From positions 1 through 64,000 of the IMG/VR virus record IMGVR_UViG_3300045996_002572: 64,000 bases of DNA, one strand, 5' to 3'. Of this stretch, positions 54,511 through 63,053 are shown in pieces (positions within the stretch are counted from its first letter, which is position 1; each line of letters starts with the position of its first letter). The stretch is from a virus. Both the position numbers and the translations under genes were made by a program. Under the pieces are notes generated by a model. That model saw only the letters and a list, made by a program, of their open reading frames with translations. It was not told the origin of the DNA and did not search any database.

Positions 54511-56594
54511 CCACCGGCCGCCGCTCCACCTTCGGCCGCGGCGCTCTCGGGCTGGCGCTCCTCCTCGCGGCCCTCGTGGCCCCCTGCGCCCTGAGAGCCG
54601 ACGTCGGCTACAACCCCCAGGCCCTCGGTCAGGCAACGGCGAAGTGGTACACCAAGGACGCTACGGGGAAGCTCCAGTCGCGATCTGCCTTGATCAACTT
54701 CGCCGCAGTGCCGTCGACCTTCACGGGCCCGGCGACCGAGGCTCAGTTCGATGCCCGCTGGGGGACCGGTTCGTTCAGGCGGTTCCGGTGGCAGGGCTTG
54801 GACAACGAGAGCCGCCTCTCGGTCAAGGCCGCGATGGAGTGGGCCTGCAACGCCGGCCGGGGCGACCTGCTGGGGTGGCGCTCGGGACGACCGCCGGGAG
54901 TCTCCTGTGTGGCCTCCGAGGTCGAGGTGGTGGACGCTCTCGCCGTGGGCTACGGAGGGACGCTAGGGGCTGCTCACCAGGTGGCGGAAGGGGCGGCCGG
55001 CACGACGCCGGAGCTGGCGATCCCGGTTCGGGACTCTCTCGACAAGAAGGGGCTGCCGCGCCCTGCGGGCCTCTTCTCCGAGCGAGACCCGACCTGGCCC
55101 CTCACCCGGTGGTACCTCAACACCGTCACAGCGTCGACGGTGCCGACACCGGTCGACCCGCATCCAGTGCCGGACCCTGAGCCGCCTGTCACGCCGACTC
55201 AAGATCCCGCCACCGAGGAGCGCCTGGCTGCAGCCGAGGCCAAGCTGGCGGACCTGACGGCAGCAATCGGAGCCGGAGTACGTCGCCTAGAGGCGGCTGA
55301 GCGGTCGGTCCTCGACCTCTCGCGGAAGGATGCCGCGCTGGAAACCGAGCTGGCGCGCGTCGAGGCCCTGGTCAAGGCGCTCACGGCCCCGGCTCCAAAG
55401 GTGGTCCCAGGCGACCCGCCGAAGCTGCCGCGCCCTCCGCCGACCAAGCCCGGCGCCAAGCCTCCGCTCAAGGATCCGCTCGCCGCCTTCCCCGCAGATC
55501 GGAGGGGATCTGCAGAGATCTGGGGGCCCATCTGGCTCCTGCATTTGTCCGGCGTCCAGCCGGTCGACGAGCCGGCACAGGCGCAACTTCAGAAGCTCGC
55601 GGACGCTCACGCGGCGGGCGCCGGCGCAAGAGCACTGGCCCGCCTCATGAACACCGACGGCTCGTGGAACGTGCCGTTCATCGACCTCGCCGTCCGCCTG
55701 TTCGAGGGCCGCCCGGGCGCCCGTAGCGACTGGATCAAGCTCCTGAAGTGGCAACTCCGGGATGAGCCGCCGCCCACAGGCTCGCGGTTCGTCGATTTGC
55801 TCGGCGGTTCCGAATCGGTCTCGGCAAACTACGCTCCTTGGAGAGCTGGCGCGGTCGGGGGTGTTTGGCTCTGGGCCGTACGCAACGGCGATGAGGAACT
55901 CGCGGAACTGGTGCGGCGCTACACCCTCCGGGCCGCCGCCCTCGCCACTCTCCTCTCGACCGAGCAGGTCCCCGACGGGGAGCTCGGCAGGAACAAGAAG
56001 GGCGAGCTGCTCGCGACCTCCCGTCATATGGCCTCGGTCTCCAACCGCTCGAACCCGGCCCACGCCTGGACCGCCTCCGGCACGCTGCTCGACCTGGTGC
56101 TCGGCCGCGGAACCAAGCTGCGCCGGCAGCCGGAGTGGTTCTTCACCATCATCGAGGCGGCAAACGACGCGCGCCCCATGATCCGCGCCGAGGACCGCGC
56201 TGTGCTGGAGCGCTACTTCCGCGAGCCCATGGCTTCCGGTGCCTCGGAGGACGTCGCCCGCCTCGTCTCGCCATCCGGGATCCACGGCACCATCCGTGTC
56301 CTGTGGTGGGACGGCTATCGCGCGGTTATTCTCGACAAGAGGTTGAACGGCAACACCCCCGCGATCATGTTTGAGGGCTTCGACCTCCGCACCGGGAAGG
56401 TCTTTATGGCCTACCCGTGGCCGGAGGGACGCTGCTTCAAATGCGGCGGGCAGGCAACTGCAGGATGGCGGCCTGGAGCGCTCTGGACGACATCGCCGTT
56501 TTCGGAGATCACCTACCCGGCGCCGGCGAATGACCCCACCGTCGAGATCGTCATTGACGGGCAGGGCGCCCGCGTCACCAGGAGGGCTGCGTAG
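54507..56594 (+). CDS. large exported multidomain protein (signal peptide, Pro-rich linkers, coiled coil)
   Basis: coupled GTG 54507; TTGRRSTFGRGALGLALLLAALVAPCALRA|D. Confidence 0.65.
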   Translation: MTTGRRSTFGRGALGLALLLAALVAPCALRADVGYNPQALGQATAKWYTKDATGKLQSRSALINFAAVPSTFTGPATEAQFDARWGTGSFRRFRWQGLDNESRLSVKAAMEWACNAGRGDLLGWRSGRPPGVSCVASEVEVVDALAVGYGGTLGAAHQVAEGAAGTTPELAIPVRDSLDKKGLPRPAGLFSERDPTWPLTRWYLNTVTASTVPTPVDPHPVPDPEPPVTPTQDPATEERLAAAEAKLADLTAAIGAGVRRLEAAERSVLDLSRKDAALETELARVEALVKALTAPAPKVVPGDPPKLPRPPPTKPGAKPPLKDPLAAFPADRRGSAEIWGPIWLLHLSGVQPVDEPAQAQLQKLADAHAAGAGARALARLMNTDGSWNVPFIDLAVRLFEGRPGARSDWIKLLKWQLRDEPPPTGSRFVDLLGGSESVSANYAPWRAGAVGGVWLWAVRNGDEELAELVRRYTLRAAALATLLSTEQVPDGELGRNKKGELLATSRHMASVSNRSNPAHAWTASGTLLDLVLGRGTKLRRQPEWFFTIIEAANDARPMIRAEDRAVLERYFREPMASGASEDVARLVSPSGIHGTIRVLWWDGYRAVILDKRLNGNTPAIMFEGFDLRTGKVFMAYPWPEGRCFKCGGQATAGWRPGALWTTSPFSEITYPAPANDPTVEIVIDGQGARVTRRAA

Positions 56595-56619
56595 GTGGGC
56601 CGTCAGGTTGGAGAACCAG

Positions 56620-57039
56620 ATGAAACTGATTCTTCAGCGAGGGCCAATCGATTGCGGAGTCGCGACCCTGGCCATGGTCGCTGGTGTGTCCTACGAGGAG
56701 GCGGAGAGAGAGGTCGCGCCGCACATTGGGAAGGGCGGCCTCCACGCAATCGCTATTGAGGGCGCTCTCGCTCGTATGGGCTTCGCTGTGCAGACGTTCT
56801 GGCGTCCGCCGATCTTCGGGGTGACCACATTCTCACCTTGTCCCTTCGGCTGGCCACCGCGGCCATTCGCGCCGGCTCACATCGCCTTCATGCTCGCTCG
56901 CGGCGCTCACTTCGTGGCGGTCGACCACGAGGGCACGATCCTCGACCCGTCTGGCGCGGCGCCTCCCGATCCATCGTTGATGGAAACCATCATGGGTGTG
57001 TGGCGAACCGCCGACATCACCGCACGGAAGGGGGACTGA
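56620..57039 (+). CDS. C39-like cysteine peptidase
   Basis: Q..DCG (Cys), AHFV (His), ILDP (Asp). Confidence 0.75.
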   Translation: MKLILQRGPIDCGVATLAMVAGVSYEEAEREVAPHIGKGGLHAIAIEGALARMGFAVQTFWRPPIFGVTTFSPCPFGWPPRPFAPAHIAFMLARGAHFVAVDHEGTILDPSGAAPPDPSLMETIMGVWRTADITARKGD

Positions 57040-57042
57040 CCA

Positions 57043-57291
57043 ATGCCTATTCGCAAGTCACATCAGCGTCGCCGCTCCCCCCGTGTCCAAGTGGGACGCT
57101 GGTCTGTCTTGCTAACGAGCAAGACCGTTTGGGCGAACGTGCTCTCCGCGCTCGCGGCGTTCCTGGCCCTGCCCGAGCTCCAGTCGCGAGGTATCGATGA
57201 GCGGGATCTACTGCTCGCCTTGGCCGCTATCAACATAGTCCTGCGATTCCTGCCGCGGGAACCCCTGGTGGAGCGCCGCCCGCGGCGGTAA
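57043..57291 (+). CDS. holin-like membrane protein
   Basis: SKTVWANVL, two TM segments, AINIVLRF, basic C-terminus. Confidence 0.7.
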   Translation: MPIRKSHQRRRSPRVQVGRWSVLLTSKTVWANVLSALAAFLALPELQSRGIDERDLLLALAAINIVLRFLPREPLVERRPRR

Positions 57292-57372
57292 TTGCGCATG
57301 GCGGCAATCAGCATTGATCCAACTCCGGCGTACCTCAATGATCGCGCTGTACGGCGAGGAGCATGGCGGGTC

Positions 57373-57759
57373 ATGACACAGCGAGCGATCGACCTTAGCA
57401 AGGGGGTGCTGCCGGTGGGCCTCGTGGTGGCCTTGGTGCTGGGGGCAGCCGGCGCGATCTACGAGTCCGGCCGCCGAGCCGAGAAGCTCTCGCAGATCGA
57501 GGAGATGGCCAACGCAGCACCGACTGCCGCTGATCTGGAGAAGCTGAGCGGAGCCATCGCCGACCTCGATCAGCGCCTCGCCGAGTTGAAGGAAGAGAAC
57601 GACGACGTGGCGGCCATCAAGAACTGGATGATCGCCGTCTACGAACGAGCCAGCGCCCACGGGTGGGATCTTCCGCCGCTACCACAGGGAGTCCAAGATG
57701 AGCACGATCAAAAAAAAGCTGTGCAATCCCCCGGCGCAGCGCGTGGCCGCGGCCGGTGA
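57373..57759 (+). CDS. TM-anchored coiled-coil protein (lysis-associated?)
   Basis: N-terminal TM then heptads. Confidence 0.5.
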   Translation: MTQRAIDLSKGVLPVGLVVALVLGAAGAIYESGRRAEKLSQIEEMANAAPTAADLEKLSGAIADLDQRLAELKEENDDVAAIKNWMIAVYERASAHGWDLPPLPQGVQDEHDQKKAVQSPGAARGRGR

Positions 57760-57973
57760 CCCGCTGGTGCTCGGGATGTTCGAGGGGGCCGGCGCCGCCA
57801 TGGACGACGTGCCGCTGGCCATCCAGGCGAAGTGGGCCGCCGAGGTCGTCGCTGTGGAGGAGGACTACATCGCGCAGCGACGTGCTCTGGACGCACGGAC
57901 CTGCGAGGCGATGCAGAAGCTGTTCGCGTGGGCGGTCGAGTCCCCGGCCGCGAGCAAGGCCAGCAAGGAGTAG
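57698..57973 (+). CDS. hypothetical protein
   Basis: GGGAG SD-ATG. Confidence 0.5.
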   Translation: MSTIKKKLCNPPAQRVAAAGDPLVLGMFEGAGAAMDDVPLAIQAKWAAEVVAVEEDYIAQRRALDARTCEAMQKLFAWAVESPAASKASKE

Positions 57974-58001
57974 GGCGCCGTGGCGCATTTCACAGTAACC
58001 A

Positions 58002-58361
58002 GTGTGGGCCTCCGTGGCCGATGACGTGCTCACGCACCTGGTGGCGCTAGTGGGAGGGGCGGCTGGCACATGGGCCGTCATCTCCCGGCTTCGGCCAGAA
58101 CGGGAGAAGCTCGAGGCCGAAGCCGAGCAGCTGCGGGTGAGGGCAGCCGCGGAGCAGGACGCCCGGATCGAGCGGCTGCACGAGCGCCTGGAGGCGGCAG
58201 AGTCTGCGCTCGGTGACGCCGAAGAGTCGGCTTGTGCGCTGGAGTCAACGGTCCGGGCACTGCGCGGGGATCTGTTAGCCCGAGGCGTCGAGCTGTCGCG
58301 GGCCCGGGAGGAGGTGGCGCGGCTTCGGTCCGAGGTGGCGCACGAGAGGAAAGAGCGGTGA
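58002..58361 (+). CDS. TM-anchored coiled-coil protein (lysis-associated?)
   Basis: LVALVGGAAGTWAVI then long coiled coil. Confidence 0.55.
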   Translation: MWASVADDVLTHLVALVGGAAGTWAVISRLRPEREKLEAEAEQLRVRAAAEQDARIERLHERLEAAESALGDAEESACALESTVRALRGDLLARGVELSRAREEVARLRSEVAHERKER

Positions 58362-58607
58362 CTACGCCTGACCCTCCTTGCGGTCGGATGAACTCGGCAA
58401 CTCCTGCAGTACGTCTTCGACCTCCAGTAGCCGGATCTTCAGCAGACGCACCAGCTCCGGCCAGGTCGAAGGTGGGATCTGCCGATCCCCCGACGCCCAA
58501 CGCCTCACCTGTCGAGGAGGCACCCCAAGCTCGCTGGCTAGAGGGGTCTGCCACATCTCCCCGTAGAGGAGGGAGGCGGCGCGGGAGAGGAGGTCGGGGC
58601 CGGTCAC
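58362..58607 (-). CDS. small HTH regulator
   Basis: LYGEMWQTPLASELGVPPRQVRRWASGDRQIP. Confidence 0.75.
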   Translation of the reverse strand: MTGPDLLSRAASLLYGEMWQTPLASELGVPPRQVRRWASGDRQIPPSTWPELVRLLKIRLLEVEDVLQELPSSSDRKEGQA

Positions 58608-59038
58608 CTCGCCTCCTTGGGCTTGATGGGGTCATCCAAGTCGTCCCAGGTCAGCGGGCGAAGCGGCAATTTGTGGAGCATGCACTCGGTCGGGAGGACG
58701 CCCTCCGGGCCCTCCCCCCAGGTGTCGCCCATCTCGTGAGGACAGAGCGCCCAGCGCCATCCGGTATCTACGTCCGGGAAGAGCAGGGCGAGGCGCATCC
58801 TCAAGTAGCCACGCCAAAGGTCTTCAGAGTTCGCGGCGTAGGGCTTCAGCGCGGCAACAGAAAGCGCGAGTGCGTCACCTCCCGGCCTCCCCTGCGCCCA
58901 GAATCCCTGACCCGGCGCGCCACTCTGGCGGTCGCAGGCGGCAAGTACGCCCGCAGCGTCTCGCAATGCTGCGTACATCCGTCGAACCTCGATCACCAAG
59001 TCCTCGCGACTCCAGTCGTCCCAGGGCGTTTGACTCAA
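58604..59038 (-). CDS. hypothetical protein
   Basis: GAGGAGGA SD-TTG; coupled. Confidence 0.55.
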   Translation of the reverse strand: MSQTPWDDWSREDLVIEVRRMYAALRDAAGVLAACDRQSGAPGQGFWAQGRPGGDALALSVAALKPYAANSEDLWRGYLRMRLALLFPDVDTGWRWALCPHEMGDTWGEGPEGVLPTECMLHKLPLRPLTWDDLDDPIKPKEAR

Positions 59039-59179
59039 GATTCCTCCTCTGGCGCCGCTGGCGCCTCCATCTCTACCCCGGAGAGCTGGAACCTGGATCG
59101 CCTTTCTGCTTACGGGTCGCTACGCCGCAGCCTACACTCAGCAGTCCAGGCCCCGGCGCTCCGGGGCAGAGTGGTGGCG

Positions 59180-59566
59180 TCAGTCCACCACGTCAAAACC
59201 ATCACGGTCGATCTGAGCGTAAAGGTCGCTGAGGCTGGCTGCGACATAGTCGGCGGCGTCGACGGCGGGAGCCGCGAACATCTCGCGCAGGCCGAACGTC
59301 GCGAGAAGATCGCCGCTTCCGCCCTCCCAAACGATGAGTGGGTCGCCACGGTCGTCGTCGCGGCTCTTGACGTGGAGAAGAAGCGGGAACTCAAGCTCGG
59401 TGACGTCCCACTCCGCTTCAGTTCTCACGCTCTCGGAACCGTATTCGCCGCCAGCATCCACGGCCATAGCCCGAAGAGCGGCCTCCGGGGAGCTGCCGGC
59501 CCAAACGCCATGGTCAACGCCAGCCTTCGAGGCGATGCGGAAGTAGCGATTCTGATCGGCCGTCAT
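59180..59566 (-). CDS. hypothetical protein
   Basis: GGAGAG SD-ATG 59566 downstream of strong promoter. Confidence 0.6.
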   Translation of the reverse strand: MTADQNRYFRIASKAGVDHGVWAGSSPEAALRAMAVDAGGEYGSESVRTEAEWDVTELEFPLLLHVKSRDDDRGDPLIVWEGGSGDLLATFGLREMFAAPAVDAADYVAASLSDLYAQIDRDGFDVVD

Positions 59567-59610
59567 TGGGTTCTCTCCGGCATTATTAGTTTCGGAATGG
59601 TCAGTCGTGA

Positions 59611-59648
59611 TGGACCTAATAATAGGTCCACACTTGACAGGTGTCAAG
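59611..59648 (-). promoter_or_regulatory. sigma70 promoter overlapped by two palindromes
   Basis: TTGACA(59647-59642)-17-TATTAT(59624-59619); TGGACCTA-ATAA-TAGGTCCA and CTTGACA-GG-TGTCAAG. Confidence 0.8.
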
Positions 59649-59658
59649 AGGCCAGATC

Positions 59659-60345
59659 ATGAGCGCCCCCATCAGGCTGGAAGCGTCGTTCCCTGCCCCG
59701 CTGCTCACGTGCAACCAGCTCCGGGCTGTGATGCCGAAGCTGCCCGTGCAGGACGCGACTCGCTACCTACCGCACCTCTGCGCCGCCTTCGAGGAGTTCG
59801 ACATCGCGTCGCCTGTCCGATGCGCGGCCGCACTCGCCCAGATGGCCCACGAGAGTGCCGAACTGCGCCGGTGGGAGGAGAACCTCCGGTATTCGGCCGG
59901 AGGGCTCCAGCGCACCTGGCCCAAGCGATTCCCGGCGCCGATCGCCCCGCGCTATGCCTACAAGCCGCAGCCCATCGCTAACCGAGCCTACGGCGGCAGG
60001 ATGGGCAACGGCCCGGAGTCGAGCGGCGACGGCTGGCGGTACCGCGGCCGCGGGCCCATCATGCTCACTGGGCGGGACAACTACCGCGACTACGGAGACC
60101 GGCTCGGCCTACCTCTCGAGGCGAGCCCGGACCTCGCCGCTTTGCCCGAGCACGGGTTCCGGATCTTCGGCTCCTACTGGAAGGGGCGGAGGCTCTGGGA
60201 GCCTGCAGACGCCGGGGACCTGGTCGAGCTGACGCGGAGAGTCAACGGCGGGACTATCGGATTGGAGGAGCGCCGGCGTTACTGGGTGCGGGCCCTTGAC
60301 GTGCTCGCCGCCCGACCAGGTGAGGACGGGGCCCGGGTTGGCTGA
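59659..60345 (+). CDS. endolysin, glycoside hydrolase family 19
   Basis: AQMAHES, EENLRYS, GDGWRYRGRGPIMLTGRDNY, TRRVNGG..GLEER. Confidence 0.93.
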   Translation: MSAPIRLEASFPAPLLTCNQLRAVMPKLPVQDATRYLPHLCAAFEEFDIASPVRCAAALAQMAHESAELRRWEENLRYSAGGLQRTWPKRFPAPIAPRYAYKPQPIANRAYGGRMGNGPESSGDGWRYRGRGPIMLTGRDNYRDYGDRLGLPLEASPDLAALPEHGFRIFGSYWKGRRLWEPADAGDLVELTRRVNGGTIGLEERRRYWVRALDVLAARPGEDGARVG

Positions 60346-60431
60346 GCTTCGCCGACGGTTCGAGCGGGGGACGTTGCTGCGGCCGGACTGAGGGTGGCGC
60401 TTCGGGAGTGGGTGCCGGCGACGGCAAATTC

Positions 60432-60737
60432 TCACGGGACAGGCCTCCTCGGCCGTCCACCCCGTTTCCCGTTCTCACGCGCGGCGGCGGCCTTAGCGTC
60501 GCTCCGCTTGCTTCCGCCGGCGCGACCCAGTTCTGCCGCGACCTCGCTACGGAGCAGCGCCGACACGCGGTCCTCGCGCCAATCCGCAAGCCGCTGTCGC
60601 GCTTCCCCGTGTGGCAGCTCGTGGCTCAGCCAGTAAGCCCCCTTCGCCTCGTCCCAGGTGCTCACGATCCAGCCTGAGCCCTGGCGGTACATGCTCGACT
60701 CCTTGACGGCTTGCTGGCGGGCGGCGGTGCGGCTCAT
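60432..60737 (-). CDS. small DNA-binding protein with KAAAARENGKRGGRP motif
   Basis: LGRAGGSKRSDAKAAAARENGKRGGRPR; GAGGAG SD. Confidence 0.7.
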   Translation of the reverse strand: MSRTAARQQAVKESSMYRQGSGWIVSTWDEAKGAYWLSHELPHGEARQRLADWREDRVSALLRSEVAAELGRAGGSKRSDAKAAAARENGKRGGRPRRPVP

Positions 60738-60749
60738 GGCGGTCTCCTC

Positions 60750-61103
60750 TTAATCGGTAAGGGTTGCAACGTCGGCGGCGAACTCGGCGATCAGGGCCTC
60801 GTCCCACTCGGCGCCGATCCAGTCCGAGTACTCCTCGGGGAGGTCGGAGACGATCTGGACGGCCGGGAAGCCGAACTGGTCGCCGGTCAGATCGACGTGG
60901 AGCAGCTCGCCATCCACCTCGACAGCGGCCCACTCGTGCGAGTCGCCGCGGCAGAGGCCGGTCACCCGCTGGATGTCGTCGCCGAGTATCTCGCGGAGAG
61001 CCGCGGCGGCGAGGAAGCAGTTGCCGGCCGCGTCGAGGTCGGCTGCGTCAAGATTAGCGCGGACGCGAGCCGCGGCGGATTCGAGCTGTTCCCGGTCGAC
61101 CAT
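60750..61103 (-). CDS. hypothetical protein (GNC..H.W..D.T..QF, transglutaminase/papain-like triad pattern)
   Basis: leaderless ATG 61103; AGNCF, SHEW, VDLTGDQF. Confidence 0.55.
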   Translation of the reverse strand: MVDREQLESAAARVRANLDAADLDAAGNCFLAAAALREILGDDIQRVTGLCRGDSHEWAAVEVDGELLHVDLTGDQFGFPAVQIVSDLPEEYSDWIGAEWDEALIAEFAADVATLTD

Positions 61104-61109
61104 GTCGGG

Positions 61110-61138
61110 ATAATAACCCAACCGTTTGGGTTCGTCAA
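61110..61138 (-). promoter_or_regulatory. sigma70 promoter with palindromic operator in spacer
   Basis: TTGACG-17-TATTAT, 6 nt before ATG 61103; AACCCAA-N4-TTGGGTT at 61115-61132. Confidence 0.8.
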
Positions 61139-61422
61139 GTGGGTCGACCGAGCACCTTCCACCCGAGCGCCGTCACGTGCAACGCCTCCCCCTCGCCCTT
61201 GACCAGCCCAGCGGCCTGCAGCTCCTCGAGCGCGGCCCCGGTCGCCATCGTCTTTCCCTCAACCAGCTCCGCCCCCTGGTGCTCCACCAAGCCCAGTTCC
61301 TGGAGCATCTCCCAGGCCAGAGACGAGAGCGAGTTCCTGAGGGCGTACACGGTCACGACGTCGAGCTTGTCTCGGAGGTTGCGGCAGAGGTGGGCGATCT
61401 CTTGCCAGTCGCGGCGGGTCAT
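61135..61422 (-). CDS. hypothetical protein
   Basis: coupled ORF. Confidence 0.5.
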   Translation of the reverse strand: MTRRDWQEIAHLCRNLRDKLDVVTVYALRNSLSSLAWEMLQELGLVEHQGAELVEGKTMATGAALEELQAAGLVKGEGEALHVTALGWKVLGRPT

Positions 61423-61773
61423 TTAGGTCTTCGGCGCCGCCACAGTCAACCAGCCTGCCGTGGTTTCTACCGTCGTCGTTTGCCGCTGCACCTCGACCAC
61501 CGTCCACGTTTCGGGCGCGGCGTACCACGGATGCGGATCCCAGCTGCGCATAAAATCGTCTGCCGCCTCGCGCGTCTCAAAAACCTTCGCTCTCGCAGGC
61601 AACGATCCGCTCTCGGCGAACGCCGCCGCTTCTTTCGGCCACAGTCGGCGTCCGGTCGCGCTCGCCCATCCCTCCGGGTCTACCGCCAGGAGCATCAGGG
61701 TCCCAGCAGGAGTGACCACTGCGTTCTCTAGTGCTGAGCGAGCTTCCTTGGCCCGGAACGTCACGGCGAACAT
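61423..61773 (-). CDS. hypothetical protein
   Basis: GAGGAG SD-ATG. Confidence 0.55.
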   Translation of the reverse strand: MFAVTFRAKEARSALENAVVTPAGTLMLLAVDPEGWASATGRRLWPKEAAAFAESGSLPARAKVFETREAADDFMRSWDPHPWYAAPETWTVVEVQRQTTTVETTAGWLTVAAPKT

Positions 61774-61803
61774 GGTGCTCTCCTCATTGGCAGCCCTCGC
61801 CCC

Positions 61804-62187
61804 TCACTCTACCAGGAGAGGAGAGGGGCCGGCGTCGGCGGCATTCGCATCCCAGAGCACGGGTGCTTCCGGGCTCTCCCGCCAGCAGTAGATCCAAGCC
61901 GTGGTCTTGGAGCACGCTGCATCCACGAGCCAACGCCTGCCGTCCTCGCCCTCTGGAAGACCCCTGACGCTGATCGTGGTGAGGCCCCCGTCGGGAGCCA
62001 CCGCATCGGGGCCGACCGACTCCGGCTCGAAATACACCGCTTCGTTGTCCACGCCGCCGCTGAACGCGAGCACGGACGGTCGTTCGGAGAAATCCAGCGA
62101 CAACACCTTGCAATCAGGCGCCTCGGTCACGAGGCGGACGGAGTTGACGCGGGCTTGGCCTTGTACAACCTCGACCCTCAACTTCAT
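61804..62187 (-). CDS. hypothetical protein
   Basis: coupled ATG 62187. Confidence 0.55.
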   Translation of the reverse strand: MKLRVEVVQGQARVNSVRLVTEAPDCKVLSLDFSERPSVLAFSGGVDNEAVYFEPESVGPDAVAPDGGLTTISVRGLPEGEDGRRWLVDAACSKTTAWIYCWRESPEAPVLWDANAADAGPSPLLVE

Positions 62188-62378
62188 GCTGTCTCCCTCT
62201 CTGGGTGAGCGGCGAGCCAGGCCCGCCCCTTCGCGGTGATCTCGCACCAGCTGACGTGCGCCCAATCTCCAGGGCGCCAGATGGTCAGATGGTCTGGCAG
62301 GAGGACGTTCTCCCCCAGCTTCCGGAGCAAGGCCTCTTGGGGCCTGCTCAGCTTCAGGTCGTTCACAGGCTTCGTCAT
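62184..62378 (-). CDS. hypothetical protein
   Basis: coupled ATG 62378. Confidence 0.45.
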   Translation of the reverse strand: MTKPVNDLKLSRPQEALLRKLGENVLLPDHLTIWRPGDWAHVSWCEITAKGRAWLAAHPERETA

Positions 62379-62803
62379 ACGAGATGGAAATCCGCCGGAT
62401 TCGCTTCTTCCGGCACGAAGAGGATTCGGCGCGTGCCCATTCTCGGCGTCAGCACTTTGAACACCTTGAGGCGACCGACCATCGGTTCCAGATCGGGATG
62501 GCTCACGCAGGTCACCTGCACTATCACATCGGTCCGGTGCCAGTATCCGCCCTGTTCTTCGTAGTCCAGGACGACGCAGAGCGCATACCCCTTCGTTCCC
62601 CGGGGCTTCCATTCCACGGCGCCGGGGTCGTAGATCTCAACAATCAGCTTCCTTCCGGGAAACAGGTCTGGCCTGCCGCGGTCGGCCGAGCCCTCCTTCT
62701 TGTACTTCGCTGCCGGAGGAACTCTTGGCTCCACGACGCCTTCGATTTGCTCCCTGTCGAGCAGGCGGGTGACGATGTCGCGCCTCTGCTGTTCATAGGC
62801 CAT
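62375..62803 (-). CDS. hypothetical protein
   Basis: AAGGAG SD-ATG 62803. Confidence 0.55.
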   Translation of the reverse strand: MAYEQQRRDIVTRLLDREQIEGVVEPRVPPAAKYKKEGSADRGRPDLFPGRKLIVEIYDPGAVEWKPRGTKGYALCVVLDYEEQGGYWHRTDVIVQVTCVSHPDLEPMVGRLKVFKVLTPRMGTRRILFVPEEANPADFHLV

Positions 62804-63053
62804 GGTGCGCTCCTTCTGCGGCCTCCGCCGCCTCCAAGCTCCGGGCCATCTCCACCAGGGCCCTGGGGTTGTCCATCGCTCTCCACTCTCCGAGCTTCTC
62901 GCACCACCACTGTCCGGCCTTCCCATCTCCTCGAATGCGGTAGCGTCCCTCTGGAGCTCGGGGAGGAGTTGGGACTTCATGCCAGGCGAGGGGATCCCGG
63001 AGCGTTGGGGAAGGCGCTGGGGCTGAGACTTCGAAGAGGGATGGCTGGGTCAT
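62793..63053 (-). CDS. hypothetical protein
   Basis: coupled ORF. Confidence 0.5.
   Translation of the reverse strand: MTQPSLFEVSAPAPSPTLRDPLAWHEVPTPPRAPEGRYRIRGDGKAGQWWCEKLGEWRAMDNPRALVEMARSLEAAEAAEGAHHGL

Noticed and set aside
57373-58361. Definite spanin pair
   Set aside because: TM-coiled-coil proteins are present but no o-spanin lipobox ORF could be identified
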